From the IMG/VR virus record IMGVR_UViG_3300045996_002337, positions 186,001-250,000 of that record: a stretch of DNA of 64,000 nucleotides. One strand, given 5' to 3'. Both the position numbers and the translations under genes were made by a program. The first letter of the stretch is position 1, and each line of letters begins with the position of its first letter. Shown here piece after piece: positions 23,577 through 33,617 of this stretch. The notes below the pieces were generated by a model. The model was not told where the DNA came from, made no database searches, and saw only the letters and a list, made by a program, of their open reading frames with translations.

Positions 23577-24151
23577 CAGTTGTGTCCAATCAATTCATCA
23601 AGAAAGCCAAGATCTTCACCAAAGAACTGAATCATTTTATCACGTTCTGCGAAGGATGTAAACCTCAACGCGTAATGCCAGTCATCGTTGCCGAGGAAGA
23701 AGGCGATCGCAGGTTTTTGCCAGTTCAGTTCTGCAACTGCTTTAACAGCTTCGTCTTGGTTGTCAACGTGAATGCCCGGGAGTTCGCTGTCAAAGAGCGC
23801 TTGCGTCATTTCATCGTTGAAGAACACCGGCAACACAAAAGCAGGGTGACCATCAACGTGCGCTTCATGCGCAATTGCGGTGAAGCAATTGTAGACAGGC
23901 TTGTCCCACGTTTGATAGATTGGTGGTGCTGTGTACGGCGTGACAACGATAAACCCTGCCAGTCGGAACTCCTTCCGCCAGCTCTTGTAATAGTCAGACG
24001 TTTGAACTCGAGCTGGGTTGATCAGCAGATTTTTCACGGCGAAGCCATCCAATTGAAAGAAGGTACATGGACTCGTTCGAGAAGATGAAGTCGACTGGAT
24101 CCATACGGTGTTTGTAGAGGTCGGGGCGAAAGAGAATGCCACGACCGCCAA
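23576..24151 (-). CDS. hypothetical protein (true start probably ~24037)
   Basis: ORF coupled to the downstream gene. Confidence 0.5.
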   Translation of the reverse strand: MAVVAFSFAPTSTNTVWIQSTSSSRTSPCTFFQLDGFAVKNLLINPARVQTSDYYKSWRKEFRLAGFIVVTPYTAPPIYQTWDKPVYNCFTAIAHEAHVDGHPAFVLPVFFNDEMTQALFDSELPGIHVDNQDEAVKAVAELNWQKPAIAFFLGNDDWHYALRFTSFAERDKMIQFFGEDLGFLDELIGHN

Positions 24152-24392
24152 GGAAGATCTTCGCTGGGCCCTTCACGTGCATCTTGCCTGTGCCGATGCA
24201 GGGGCTCTTCAGCGCGATGTTCAGACGGTGGTGCTCGTAACCTGGCGCGGCGGGGTCGGTGTGCTCAGGGATTCCACAACCAACGGGAATCTTGATGAGG
24301 TAGACGTCGAACTTCAGGAGCTTCGAAGCTGCGAGCAGCATCTTGCTGTAGCCGCTTAGCTGACGACCAGTGTCCCAACGAAGCCATTTCAT
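23994..24392 (-). CDS. cupin / 2OG-Fe(II) oxygenase-like protein
   Basis: H-x-D (HTDP)...HRLN...LFRPDLYKH-x-M double-stranded beta-helix pattern. Confidence 0.55.
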   Translation of the reverse strand: MKWLRWDTGRQLSGYSKMLLAASKLLKFDVYLIKIPVGCGIPEHTDPAAPGYEHHRLNIALKSPCIGTGKMHVKGPAKIFLGGRGILFRPDLYKHRMDPVDFIFSNESMYLLSIGWLRREKSADQPSSSSNV

Positions 24393-24504
24393 TACCATTT
24401 CCCGCAGCACTTGCACGCCGAAGTGTAATAGGGAGTGCCGAATTGATTTAACCGTCTAAATGGAACGTATTCATTGCGGCCAAGCAACTTACAAATGAAA
24501 TGTT

Positions 24505-24831
24505 TCATGCGGTGTTCAGGGTTGCACCCTGCTCCTTAGTGATTTCGCGTTCACGAGTGTGGGCTTCTGCCTTTCCGCGAACTGTCTCGACTACTTCTAC
24601 CTTGAAGGAGGTGGGACCGTGGCTGCGAATTGCTTCGCACAGCTTCCAGTCCTTTCCTTGAGTTAGGGCCCGGGTTACGTGGCGTTGCCACCGGCCTTCG
24701 ACAGCCTTCTTTGGCGTCATGCCGGAGCATACAGTCATTCCAACGTAGAACTCTCCGGTCTTCGTGTTGAGGATCCGATAGATGGCGTGCATCCGATCAG
24801 ATCGCTTTTTACGTTTCGGCTTGATGTCCAT
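24505..24831 (-). CDS. small GIY-YIG nuclease-domain protein
   Basis: AIYRI...FYVGMT...RWQRH...E-x-E. Confidence 0.75.
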   Translation of the reverse strand: MDIKPKRKKRSDRMHAIYRILNTKTGEFYVGMTVCSGMTPKKAVEGRWQRHVTRALTQGKDWKLCEAIRSHGPTSFKVEVVETVRGKAEAHTREREITKEQGATLNTA

Positions 24832-24893
24832 GAGTCATTATAACACGACTCATGGAGGTTGAACATACTTGATTTCGCTGTTTTACTTCACGC

Positions 24894-25400
24894 TTATCGT
24901 AATCTTCCAGGTTTAACTAATGTCCCAGTGACATGCACTATGAACATACCATCTTCCTTCGTGTGTGGACCGTTTTTGAGACCGCTCATTGCCATGCCAC
25001 TCTTCGGCCCGCTAACCGTAATCTCTAGGTCCGACAGTGCAAATCCCATTGCCCCACCTTTTGCTTTTATTTTAGCAATAGCCTTTTCAAGCGCTGATTT
25101 GGAATCTGGGTGACGGAGGCCGAGCGCTATAGTCAGATCAACCTTTGGGATATTTTTTTCCCAATTGTTTGCAAGGCGACCCGCATCTTTTGGGAACCAT
25201 TGATCTTCACGAATTTTTTCTGGTAAGGACTGCACAATTGAATTATTGAGAGCAAGCCATACTTCCTTAAAGTTTCGTTCCGAAATCTTGACGGGTCTTG
25301 TTGTTCTGCCGGGCGACGAATCAGTTTTATCTCTACTTCCAAGCAAATGATTACGATCATTTGCGTTTCGTTTATTCTCAAACAGGTCACTGACTTTCAT
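24894..25400 (-). CDS. hypothetical protein (possible virion-internal)
   Basis: N-terminus MKVSDLFEN. Confidence 0.6.
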   Translation of the reverse strand: MKVSDLFENKRNANDRNHLLGSRDKTDSSPGRTTRPVKISERNFKEVWLALNNSIVQSLPEKIREDQWFPKDAGRLANNWEKNIPKVDLTIALGLRHPDSKSALEKAIAKIKAKGGAMGFALSDLEITVSGPKSGMAMSGLKNGPHTKEDGMFIVHVTGTLVKPGRLR

Positions 25401-25402
25401 AT

Positions 25403-26305
25403 CTATTCCTTCGTCTGTTTTGCACTAATGTCAGCTGCATCTTGTGCGGCAGTTTTTGCAATTGCGGCGTCCCTAGCAGTTTTTCTGGCGGCTGCAGTTT
25501 CGTCATCCATTGCGCGGCCTGCAGCCGCGATTGTTTTTGCCTTACCGGCAAATTCATCTGATGCATATGCAAAGAGCATGTTAAGCGCTTGAGCCGCATC
25601 AGGGACTCGAGCTGGATCTGTCTGCTTAATCTTTAGTGACAGCATTGACTTGAAATCAAGATCGTCAATCTTGAAATCGTCATTGACCTTCATAAGTCGC
25701 TTGAAGAAAACCGATTCAGCGCGAACGAATTTTGTCAACGCAGAAGGTACCTCCCCCGTTCTACGAATCTTGTTCGCGGCACTTTCGTACTTGCCAATCT
25801 GTTCTTTTGTAACCTTGCCTGCAGCAACCAGTGACTTGTTAAACCCCTCACGAAGTTTTTCAAGACGTGTTGAAATATCACGGTACGCCTTGAAGGCGGC
25901 GAGCGCGGCTTCGCGCGTCTTGTACTTATCGAGCATGTCCTCTGCACCACCTCCACCACCTTGGTAAGGGAAGCGCTCAAAGAAATTGGCCACGAAGGTT
26001 TCAATGTCATCATGCAGTTCAGCGATAGCTTCAGCCGACTTTACCTTGTGGTCGGCAGCGGCAGCTTTGGCCGCTTTTTCAGCCTCGGTCTCAGCCTTCT
26101 TCTTAATGTCGTCCTCAGCCTTAACTGCAGCTTTAGCCTTACGTTCGGCCTCGTCTTGTGCTTGCTTTGCCTTCTGTTCGGCCTCTTTTCGCTTCGATTT
26201 TGCGTCTTTATAACCATCCGCGGCGTCTTTTGCGAGCTTGCGGACGCCAGACGTAATGCCTTCCTCGGCCTCGAGGATTAGCAGTTCAGCCAGGGTCTTG
26301 AACAT
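25403..26305 (-). CDS. hypothetical Ala/Lys-rich coiled-coil protein (possible virion-internal)
   Basis: N-terminus MFKTLAELLILEAEE. Confidence 0.65.
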   Translation of the reverse strand: MFKTLAELLILEAEEGITSGVRKLAKDAADGYKDAKSKRKEAEQKAKQAQDEAERKAKAAVKAEDDIKKKAETEAEKAAKAAAADHKVKSAEAIAELHDDIETFVANFFERFPYQGGGGGAEDMLDKYKTREAALAAFKAYRDISTRLEKLREGFNKSLVAAGKVTKEQIGKYESAANKIRRTGEVPSALTKFVRAESVFFKRLMKVNDDFKIDDLDFKSMLSLKIKQTDPARVPDAAQALNMLFAYASDEFAGKAKTIAAAGRAMDDETAAARKTARDAAIAKTAAQDAADISAKQTKE

Positions 26306-26655
26306 TATTCGTCGTCTTTCTCAATAGGCTGGCGTCGGTCAACCTGTGTTTCACCCATGTTCAACCTGTCAAACTCGCGGTCGATGTCCTTCAGGTTGTC
26401 CTCAAGATCAGTGATCGCCTTGATTGCGTCGCGAGCAGAACCTTCTGTCATGGTGTCCGAGTTACGATCTGTTGCGCGCATGTACTCAATCCACTTTGGG
26501 TGCTTCATGACCTTCTTCATTTTTGTAACCTGAGCGAAGAGGTCGTAGAACTCATCAGTGAATTCACCCGAATCGCTGTACTGCTTTGCCTCAGAGAAGA
26601 AGCCATTGCCTGCTTCATTTAGCGTTGTGAGATTTTTAAGGTGTTTGAGGTCCAT
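26305..26655 (-). CDS. hypothetical protein (possible virion-internal)
   Basis: MDLKHLKNLTTLNEA; TAAATA at 26679-26684. Confidence 0.65.
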   Translation of the reverse strand: MDLKHLKNLTTLNEAGNGFFSEAKQYSDSGEFTDEFYDLFAQVTKMKKVMKHPKWIEYMRATDRNSDTMTEGSARDAIKAITDLEDNLKDIDREFDRLNMGETQVDRRQPIEKDDE

Positions 26656-26787
26656 TTTGGCTCCAGTTCATGTGCCTGTATTTATTGTCCCGGGCAACAA
26701 AAAGGACTCTACAAGAGAGTCCTTATGCTATCTAGCACTAATAAAAGCGCGCGCTATTTGTCAACTAATGCTATAATTGTTGCGCGC

Positions 26788-27618
26788 TCAGTAGACAGGG
26801 TCTGGTGTTCTTACTTCCTCAAATCGGGCGAGAACTTCTTTGTAGGCCTCTTCGTTAGGAATGGGCCAGCGGAAGTTGTAGATCTGTGACAAAGATGGTC
26901 GCTCGAGTGGGATGTTCCAGTTAAGTCCACGGCTCGGCATGAAGTGGTATGCCTCCATCAGCAGTGCGTACGCATCGGCCCACCCAACTACAGCAAGTCC
27001 GAATTCCCAGTTTAGTGGGTGCTGAATGTCCCCAAGGCTCATGATGCCACGTGGTCCATACCCGAGATTGAACGCCTTGTAGATCAGGGCGTCCATCATG
27101 AGCTCGTATTTTTTGTAGATGTCGTAGATGCCCGGAAGCCGCTTGACCGGCGTTGGTAGGTCAACGAGGTAGGCTTCAGCAAAGTCGTGCATCAGCCCGT
27201 GGAATGCGTACATGCGTACATGGCCCATTCTAGATGCATCACGTTGCCTATCTTGAATGCTCGCCCACTTCCCGAATTCAGTCTCATCGGACAAATTGGC
27301 GGTTTTGTCCATCTTACCTTGAATGTACTTCTCGAACACCTCGTACAGATGGGTTCCTGGAGTGAGTGCCTCTTCGACATACTTCGAGACCAAAACGGTG
27401 TGCTGGGCAACTGTATATGGAATCTTGCACATTGTGTGGCCCGCGTACCGCGACTGGCGGCTGAGAGCCCACGCGATATCATGAATTTGAATGTCTTCAA
27501 CCTTTGGATCAAGCAGGTCAATAAAAATGCCGCTAACCGTTTCGGTCATGGTTGGTGTTGTGAGTCCTGTCATTTGAGCGCTCCGTTGTAGCGCTTGCGA
27601 CAGTTCGGTGAAGCGCAA
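26788..27618 (-). CDS. HD-domain phosphohydrolase (YfbR/YfdR-like deoxynucleotidase)
   Basis: HDIAWALS-x-x-x-RYAGH, YTVAQH, LMHDFAEAYLVDLPTPVK. Confidence 0.85.
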   Translation of the reverse strand: MRFTELSQALQRSAQMTGLTTPTMTETVSGIFIDLLDPKVEDIQIHDIAWALSRQSRYAGHTMCKIPYTVAQHTVLVSKYVEEALTPGTHLYEVFEKYIQGKMDKTANLSDETEFGKWASIQDRQRDASRMGHVRMYAFHGLMHDFAEAYLVDLPTPVKRLPGIYDIYKKYELMMDALIYKAFNLGYGPRGIMSLGDIQHPLNWEFGLAVVGWADAYALLMEAYHFMPSRGLNWNIPLERPSLSQIYNFRWPIPNEEAYKEVLARFEEVRTPDPVY

Positions 27619-28157
27619 TAGAAGTCAGTGATCGGGTAGCGAGTCACGGCCTTTGGAATGATTGGATCGGCGGGATCGTATTCAATCTCAACAACGTTGG
27701 CATCCTTGTAGCGACCATCAAGCACGTTCTTCGTGACTCTGTGGCCGATCAGCCTCGTGATGTGGCTACGAAGATCGCCGGCCCGGTTCCAAACCTTGCC
27801 AAATTTTGGGCGCGGTTGCCCGAAGGACACCAAAGTTTTGTCAGCTAGCTCGATCTTGTAGACCGCGTTTGGCTTGGATTTCGGTGAAGCGGGCTCGAAA
27901 TCTAGGAACTGGTAGTAGAACAGCACCTCAGCTTTGGAATCCTTTAGCCCTTTTTCAAGCTCGCGAATGATGATTACTTTCGTAAGATCACTGTGGGCCT
28001 TTGCAGAGTAGCCTGTGCCATAATTGGCGCGTTTCATGTGGCGCTTAACGTCTTTCGCGTTGCGGAAAAACTTAGGCATCATGTTCAGCGAGCCCTTAAG
28101 TCCAAGGTACCGCACACCACCGGGCAAATCAACTTGAACAACGTAGGCAGTGGTCAT
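27570..28157 (-). CDS. hypothetical protein
   Basis: ORF; start MTTAY. Confidence 0.6.
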   Translation of the reverse strand: MTTAYVVQVDLPGGVRYLGLKGSLNMMPKFFRNAKDVKRHMKRANYGTGYSAKAHSDLTKVIIIRELEKGLKDSKAEVLFYYQFLDFEPASPKSKPNAVYKIELADKTLVSFGQPRPKFGKVWNRAGDLRSHITRLIGHRVTKNVLDGRYKDANVVEIEYDPADPIIPKAVTRYPITDFYCASPNCRKRYNGALK

Positions 28158-28158
28158 C

Positions 28159-28710
28159 TTAATCCTCTTTCTTGATTGCAATAAGGCGAACGTCGCGGGT
28201 CAACCGCGGCTGCCATTCCTTTTCATAGATCTGTAGGGGGCTCCAGAGCTCTTTAGCATCCTCATCATAAATGACAGGACCGTAGCTGTTCAAGTCCTTG
28301 AAGTCATGGGCCCAAATGGTGAACTCATCAGAGACGACCATTCTCTTCCACAACTCACGGCCAGTCCTTGACTGTTGATAGCCAGATGCGAGGGTGATAT
28401 TTTCTTGATTGATGATCGTTCGATACAGTAGCTTGCCCCACCCCAGCCCACGAAACGCTTCAAACAAGAATGACTGTGCAACCTCGAGGGCCTCCCACCC
28501 CTTGCGCTGGCCGAGCAGCATCCAGCCCATTATCTCGTACACGCCATTCACTTCGTGAGCGAGCACGTACAGCAGCTTTGTGTTCCACGTCATCTTGTAG
28601 ATCGGAACACCTTCCAACTTCTCAAATCGTTGCTTCTTGAAACACCTAATCGAGTGTTTTAGAAAAGGCTCCCAGTACGGCTTTGAAAGCGGTGTATCTA
28701 CCATATACAT
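28159..28710 (-). CDS. GNAT-like acetyltransferase
   Basis: FRGLGWGKLLY acetyl-CoA-binding motif A. Confidence 0.55.
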   Translation of the reverse strand: MYMVDTPLSKPYWEPFLKHSIRCFKKQRFEKLEGVPIYKMTWNTKLLYVLAHEVNGVYEIMGWMLLGQRKGWEALEVAQSFLFEAFRGLGWGKLLYRTIINQENITLASGYQQSRTGRELWKRMVVSDEFTIWAHDFKDLNSYGPVIYDEDAKELWSPLQIYEKEWQPRLTRDVRLIAIKKED

Positions 28711-28716
28711 GTGATG

Positions 28717-28923
28717 TCACCACTTCCCTGCCGGGCACGAGGCCTGCAGTATCTTTGCCTTGAGGTCCATGAAGCACCCGCACAGGTCACATTGGCGAGC
28801 CAGCTTCTTGAATGACGGGCACTCCTCACAGACCTTGAGCCGTTCATTCTTCAGCTCATCCTCTGAAAGAAGGAGCTTACCTGCAAGTAGGTCCCTCGCA
28901 ATGTCCTTTAACGTGTATGTCAT
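28717..28923 (-). CDS. small Cys-rich (Zn/Fe-S binding) protein
   Basis: RLKVCEEC...CDLCGCFM...SCPAGKW. Confidence 0.7.
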   Translation of the reverse strand: MTYTLKDIARDLLAGKLLLSEDELKNERLKVCEECPSFKKLARQCDLCGCFMDLKAKILQASCPAGKW

Positions 28924-29177
28924 TTTCTAAGTAAGGTTGAGGACAACGAACCGGGTTGCGCGTAGGGGCAGTACGCCTCCCACAGCGCGGATGCCAGCTC
29001 AGGTCGTTGACTGTACAGCGCTCCGACAAGGGTGTGGGCCTGCTTCAGGGCGGCAGTTCCCTTCTCCAGGCGGACGTCATCTGTTGCGTCAATGTCAAAG
29101 TTCCAGTCCATCTTCTTCAGCGCTTCTTCAACACGAACCTCAAGGGACGGCTCGTGAATCAAGTCTTTCAGTTTCAT
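28920..29177 (-). CDS. hypothetical protein
   Basis: MKLKDLIHE N-terminus. Confidence 0.6.
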   Translation of the reverse strand: MKLKDLIHEPSLEVRVEEALKKMDWNFDIDATDDVRLEKGTAALKQAHTLVGALYSQRPELASALWEAYCPYAQPGSLSSTLLRK

Positions 29178-29189
29178 GTCATCCTTTGG

Positions 29190-29630
29190 TTACACACGTC
29201 GCTTGTTACCGCGCAATTGATTTGCGAGTTCTTCCTCTGTCACGAAAACGTCGCCGCCTTTGTTATAGGCCGGCGCGGTGTTGAACTTTCGCTCCCTTGC
29301 AATGCGTTCCCGCTCTGCCAACTCGGGGTCCTCCTTGTACAGAATTTCTGGGCGGATGACCTTCTTTCCTGCCACGCCACCAAATGAATTCAGGCTTTCA
29401 CCTAACTTCGTTTCAAGGCGTTGCTTCGTTGGCAGGGTCCCTTCCACCACTGGCGTAACCTTTTTACCAGGAACGACCTTGGCCCCCTGATATTTCTTTC
29501 CAGGAGAACTGAAGAGCTTCATGCTGTTGATGCTCTTCAGCCACTCTGCTTCTTGCGCTGCAGCATCGCGCCAACCCGGCTTCTTTTTCGGGTTCTTGCA
29601 CTTGCTTCCAGCGTAAATCATCTTTCCCAT
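29190..29630 (-). CDS. hypothetical basic protein
   Basis: ORF with C-terminal APAYNKGG; early promoter near 29663. Confidence 0.65.
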   Translation of the reverse strand: MGKMIYAGSKCKNPKKKPGWRDAAAQEAEWLKSINSMKLFSSPGKKYQGAKVVPGKKVTPVVEGTLPTKQRLETKLGESLNSFGGVAGKKVIRPEILYKEDPELAERERIARERKFNTAPAYNKGGDVFVTEEELANQLRGNKRRV

Positions 29631-29792
29631 ACTACAACGGCTCCAACTAACGTATGCTATCATTATAACACACGTCAATGGAGCCGTACAATTGAAGGGC
29701 TTACTGATCTTTGTTTCGAATGACCCAATCAATCAAAAGCAGGAGAACGAAAGCGACTAAAATTGCGATGATCCAGTCGGTAATGAAGTCAG

Positions 29793-30050
29793 TCATTTCA
29801 TGATCCTCTTGATTTCACTGGTGGCGATGTAGTCGGTGGCAATTTCGCGAACTTCATCGAGCGCCTCAATCAGGGAGGCCCTTGCATGTGCAAGCCGTTT
29901 AGGAATGACAGCCATCATGCCTCCCTCGGTTTTTGCGGCCTCAGCCTCAAGACTACGTTGATACGCAATTGCCTTTTCACGTTGGCCAGGCTCCAGGCTC
30001 CCGATGTAGTCCCACAGGGCCTTCGTCGCTTCCTCGACTGTCTGCGTCAT
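29793..30050 (-). CDS. hypothetical protein
   Basis: Start MTQTVEE with SD GGAG. Confidence 0.55.
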   Translation of the reverse strand: MTQTVEEATKALWDYIGSLEPGQREKAIAYQRSLEAEAAKTEGGMMAVIPKRLAHARASLIEALDEVREIATDYIATSEIKRIMK

Positions 30051-30246
30051 GATTACTCCTTCTGTTCCAAAGTTCAGCCGCCCGCTTCTTACCTTTCGCG
30101 AACGAGCCACCCACAGGTCCGCTAGCTCCACACCGGCAGCCAACGTACCACTTCTCAAAAGAAGGACCGATCTGGGGTTCAGACTGAGTCTCACGAAAGC
30201 CAGGACGGCCCCCGCAAAATGGACAGTCCACGAGATGTGCGCTCAT
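29977..30246 (-). CDS. Lar-like Zn-ribbon (restriction-alleviation family) protein
   Basis: CPFCGG...VGCRCGASGP...AAELWNRR. Confidence 0.65.
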   Translation of the reverse strand: MSAHLVDCPFCGGRPGFRETQSEPQIGPSFEKWYVGCRCGASGPVGGSFAKGKKRAAELWNRRSNHDADSRGSDEGPVGLHREPGAWPT

Positions 30247-30620
30247 CGCGTCGCTCCCACATCTCGCGTTTGAAGAAATCGTTCCACCTTAAGTTCTCTA
30301 AGAGTTATTCTTAACCTATTATACCCTCTTTCGTGGCAAACGGTCAAAAATAATTCCTCAATCTCTTTTGGCTTTTGATCGCGCCTCTCATAGACCTCCT
30401 GTAGGATGCCTTCAACTGGGAAGGTAATGTGCCTATCAGCAGCTCGCTGTTGTAGGGTCTCTGGAGGCACCCCAATGTCACGTACAGCAGCAATGGTGCC
30501 TGCATACGATGCAACTTTTTGACAGTCAGAAAGTGGAGGGGAAGGTGGGAGGCTAGAACAGCCTCCCAGGGCGAGGAGAAGAGTGGTTACTTGATAACCA
30601 GCGTAGCGGTTGAGCAGCAA
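30243..30620 (-). CDS. putative lipoprotein
   Basis: LGGC lipobox. Confidence 0.5.
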   Translation of the reverse strand: MLLNRYAGYQVTTLLLALGGCSSLPPSPPLSDCQKVASYAGTIAAVRDIGVPPETLQQRAADRHITFPVEGILQEVYERRDQKPKEIEELFLTVCHERGYNRLRITLRELKVERFLQTRDVGATR

Positions 30621-30940
30621 TCTACCAACTCCTGGTAAACCTTCGGGTCTACGTTGACGCAGCCCTTAGTAATTCGCCGTTGCTTTGGATCTTTAGCCTT
30701 GAGGCGTTGATCGCGCTTTTCCCATGGGCGTAGAAGCCAAACACGGTGAATGGCGTAAACTTCCTTCGAATCCTCTTTGAATTGAAGGATGTCTCCGCCA
30801 TAACCTGGGCTTTCAACAAGCCGTTGCTGAAGCTGAAACTCCCCTTTCGGGGTGTCTCCACCAATCAGCACTGGATGGCACTGCTCAACACCGTTGCTAA
30901 AGAAACAAATCGTAGCGAGGGCAATTGAGATAGTAACCAT
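30587..30940 (-). CDS. small L,D-transpeptidase-like (YkuD-fold) protein
   Basis: AIH...TKGCVNV catalytic His/Cys pattern; signal peptide. Confidence 0.65.
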   Translation of the reverse strand: MVTISIALATICFFSNGVEQCHPVLIGGDTPKGEFQLQQRLVESPGYGGDILQFKEDSKEVYAIHRVWLLRPWEKRDQRLKAKDPKQRRITKGCVNVDPKVYQELVDCCSTATLVIK

Positions 30941-31368
30941 TATTCGCGCGGCTTCTTGATCGGAACTTCCTTGAGGATGATCCGTTCAGGTCCTGGAACT
31001 GGCACTTCAACGATCGTTGGTGCCTGAGGCTCGATGATCTTCGGCGTGAAGAAGAGGTATTCGCCTCGACCCATCTTCGGGGTCCAGTGATAGCCTTCAC
31101 ACTTCACAACGCTACCATGACGATGGCATGGAACTTCAACGACACGCGGCCAAATGGTAGCTGCAGTTGGGTGGTGCGCCATGTACTGTGGTGCATGGAA
31201 GATGTCGTTCTCAAGAACAGGCAAAGCATGTTCAAAGCCTGACTTTCCAGGGGTACCAGAGCCAAGGGTTTCACGTTCGATGCCAACAACTGGCCCATTC
31301 ATTACTTGGGCTTGGGCAGTTGCCGCCGTAGCGGCAAGGGCCATGATTGCAATGAGTTGCTTGATCAT
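30940..31368 (-). CDS. hypothetical exported protein
   Basis: Signal peptide ending AQA. Confidence 0.7.
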   Translation of the reverse strand: MIKQLIAIMALAATAATAQAQVMNGPVVGIERETLGSGTPGKSGFEHALPVLENDIFHAPQYMAHHPTAATIWPRVVEVPCHRHGSVVKCEGYHWTPKMGRGEYLFFTPKIIEPQAPTIVEVPVPGPERIILKEVPIKKPRE

Positions 31369-31380
31369 GGTCGTGTCCCC

Positions 31381-32055
31381 TTATTCAGCGATCGATGGCA
31401 GACCCATGCGCTTACGAACGATCGGATCTGTTGGCTCTTGGCGAGCAACAGCTGCTGCCGAACCAGTGGTCGAAGCTGCACGTTCACGGCGAGCCGTGGT
31501 TTGCGGGCATTCGAAGCCGGTGATCTCGAGAGCTTCGCGGTTGCGGGAGTCAGTGCACATCAGGGCCATTGCGGCCGCCTTCATGCCCATGTTCCACAGT
31601 TCGCGCGAATTCTTCAGCATGACGCAGTTGTCGTCCGTGTAGGTCTTGCCGAGACCGATGCCGAAGCCAGGGCCGTTGACAGAACCGGAAGCAGAACCCA
31701 TGCAGGTGTCGTTCGAAGACACGAGCGGAGCACCGTTCACTGAAGGGGTGTTCTTGATCTTTTGCGAACCGAACGACTGATGAACAGTGCTGTTCGTACC
31801 GCCGCTGATGACTTGACGGTTGGTCGTGTCAGTCGGGACTTCCGAGGCTTCGATCGTGAAGTTGTTTGAGCCAGTAACGCCAGCGTTTGCATTCGAAGAT
31901 GCTTGCTGTTGTTGCTGGGACGAGCCGTTACCATTGCTACCAAGAGCCGGCATGGCGGCTCCGGTGTTATTGACGGTGGTATCACCAATGGTAGTTTGAG
32001 CGTTTGCTCCAACGGCCAAAATGGCGATAACGGCCATAATTGCGAATTTCTTCAT
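31381..32055 (-). CDS. hypothetical exported protein (Ser/Asn/Gln-rich, 4 Cys)
   Basis: Signal peptide; DTCMGSASG...DDNCVML...ALMC...FEC. Confidence 0.75.
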   Translation of the reverse strand: MKKFAIMAVIAILAVGANAQTTIGDTTVNNTGAAMPALGSNGNGSSQQQQQASSNANAGVTGSNNFTIEASEVPTDTTNRQVISGGTNSTVHQSFGSQKIKNTPSVNGAPLVSSNDTCMGSASGSVNGPGFGIGLGKTYTDDNCVMLKNSRELWNMGMKAAAMALMCTDSRNREALEITGFECPQTTARRERAASTTGSAAAVARQEPTDPIVRKRMGLPSIAE

Positions 32056-32119
32056 CTTTGTCCTTTGTGGTGGAAGGAGGAAGGGCCGAAGCCCTTCCGC
32101 TCATCTTTTCAGCAGTTGC

Positions 32120-32905
32120 TTAGTTGTGCGAAGTCGAGACGAACCCCGAGACGCTCGAGACAGCGTTACCGTTCGCAGAGCTATTCTGCAGAACGCCTCC
32201 AACGGCGGAACCGGTAGACGTCGAGGTGTTGAAGGTTGTGCCAGCTTGGACGTTCACGCTTGTTGCTGCGTTCTTGACGTCACCTTGCGAAACTTTCGTG
32301 CCGATGCCAAGGCCAGACAAGGCGCCCTTGATGGCAGTTGTAGTCGTCAGGTCAGCCGAAGCTTGGCTGTTGAAAGCGGACAGTTGGCCACCGATTTGCG
32401 TCGATGTACCATTACCGACCGAAACTGCGCCAGTGACAGTCAGGGCGTTCGAAGAACCGGCAACCGAACCTTGTGGGCCAGTACCAGTCGTGTGGAATTG
32501 GCCAGAGCCTTGCGCTTGGGCAAAGGCCTTACCACCAGCAGCGCCGAAAGCGGAAGCGCCACCAGTAGACGTCGTAGCAACATCAGTGCGGTTGTAAGTT
32601 TCGGTAACACCTGTCACGCCGACATTGCCAGAGCGCGTGTCAGTGAACGTGGTAACCTTGCTGCCACCAGAACCGGTGGAGCTGGAACCGAATTGGCTAC
32701 CAGCGGCACCGGTAGTGCCAACTTCGGTGCGAGCATATCCGACGTTGCCAACCGACGCGGTCGCAGAGCCGGCGCCGTTAGACGACACCGAAGCGGTAGA
32801 GCCTGAAACGACAATGTTCGACCCAGAGGCCGAAGCAGAAGAACCGTGGGCTTGTGCACCAGCGGAGAAAGCCATAATGGCCAGAGCGAGGAGGGAGAAC
32901 TTCAT
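32120..32905 (-). CDS. exported Gly/Ser/Thr/Ala-rich beta-repeat-like protein
   Basis: Signal peptide; low-complexity polar sequence. Confidence 0.7.
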   Translation of the reverse strand: MKFSLLALAIMAFSAGAQAHGSSASASGSNIVVSGSTASVSSNGAGSATASVGNVGYARTEVGTTGAAGSQFGSSSTGSGGSKVTTFTDTRSGNVGVTGVTETYNRTDVATTSTGGASAFGAAGGKAFAQAQGSGQFHTTGTGPQGSVAGSSNALTVTGAVSVGNGTSTQIGGQLSAFNSQASADLTTTTAIKGALSGLGIGTKVSQGDVKNAATSVNVQAGTTFNTSTSTGSAVGGVLQNSSANGNAVSSVSGFVSTSHN

Positions 32906-33103
32906 GAGGGATTTCCTTTGAGATTGCATGTCAAAGGTAACCACATCGGTTAGCTACGCCCAGGACGGGTTTGGCCTATCAACGTTGTTACCGCTTAGAT
33001 TCATCTTAACAATTTGTTTCAGATGAGAGGTTGATTATAACCACTTTTAATGATTACGGTCAAATCCTTTTATAGGTCAAATCATCTTTCTGACCCACGT
33101 TAT

Positions 33104-33319
33104 TTATTCGGAAGCGCCTGTTGCGAGCTGCCAGCCGAACCACATTGCAGAGATGGCTTCGTCGGCGTAATCGCCGTCTTCGCCCTTCGCAAGCAGCTCA
33201 GCTTTCGTCTTCATGTCGGGTGAAGGGCGAAGACCCATTGGGCCCTCTTCCACCACGATTGACTTAATGAAGTAAGCTTTGTAGACCTCTTCTTCAAAGG
33301 TCTCTTGGCTCAACGTCAC
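33104..33319 (-). CDS. hypothetical protein
   Basis: 71-aa ORF. Confidence 0.55.
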   Translation of the reverse strand: MTLSQETFEEEVYKAYFIKSIVVEEGPMGLRPSPDMKTKAELLAKGEDGDYADEAISAMWFGWQLATGASE

Positions 33320-33552
33320 TTCGAAGCTCCACCGGCTTCAGCGAGGATCTTCTTGGCCGCAGTCTTTTCAGACGACCCCGTGGCCTTCAGCTGTTCAGCA
33401 ATCCGCTTCTGAACTTCCGGGTTGTTCCGATACGTCCAACGCTTCCCGTGCTGGGGATTCGTCTTGCTAGGACCCTTCTCGCCGTTCTTGTGCATGGCGG
33501 AGATTTGGCGGGCCTTGGCCAGATTGCGGGCGTTCTTGCTTTGACGGGACAT
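33316..33552 (-). CDS. hypothetical basic protein
   Basis: 78-aa ORF with SD. Confidence 0.6.
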   Translation of the reverse strand: MSRQSKNARNLAKARQISAMHKNGEKGPSKTNPQHGKRWTYRNNPEVQKRIAEQLKATGSSEKTAAKKILAEAGGASK

Positions 33553-33617
33553 TTGTTTCCTTTTGTTAAACGATGAGTGATTATAGACTGAGTGTTACGT
33601 AATGAACACCAAATTAT

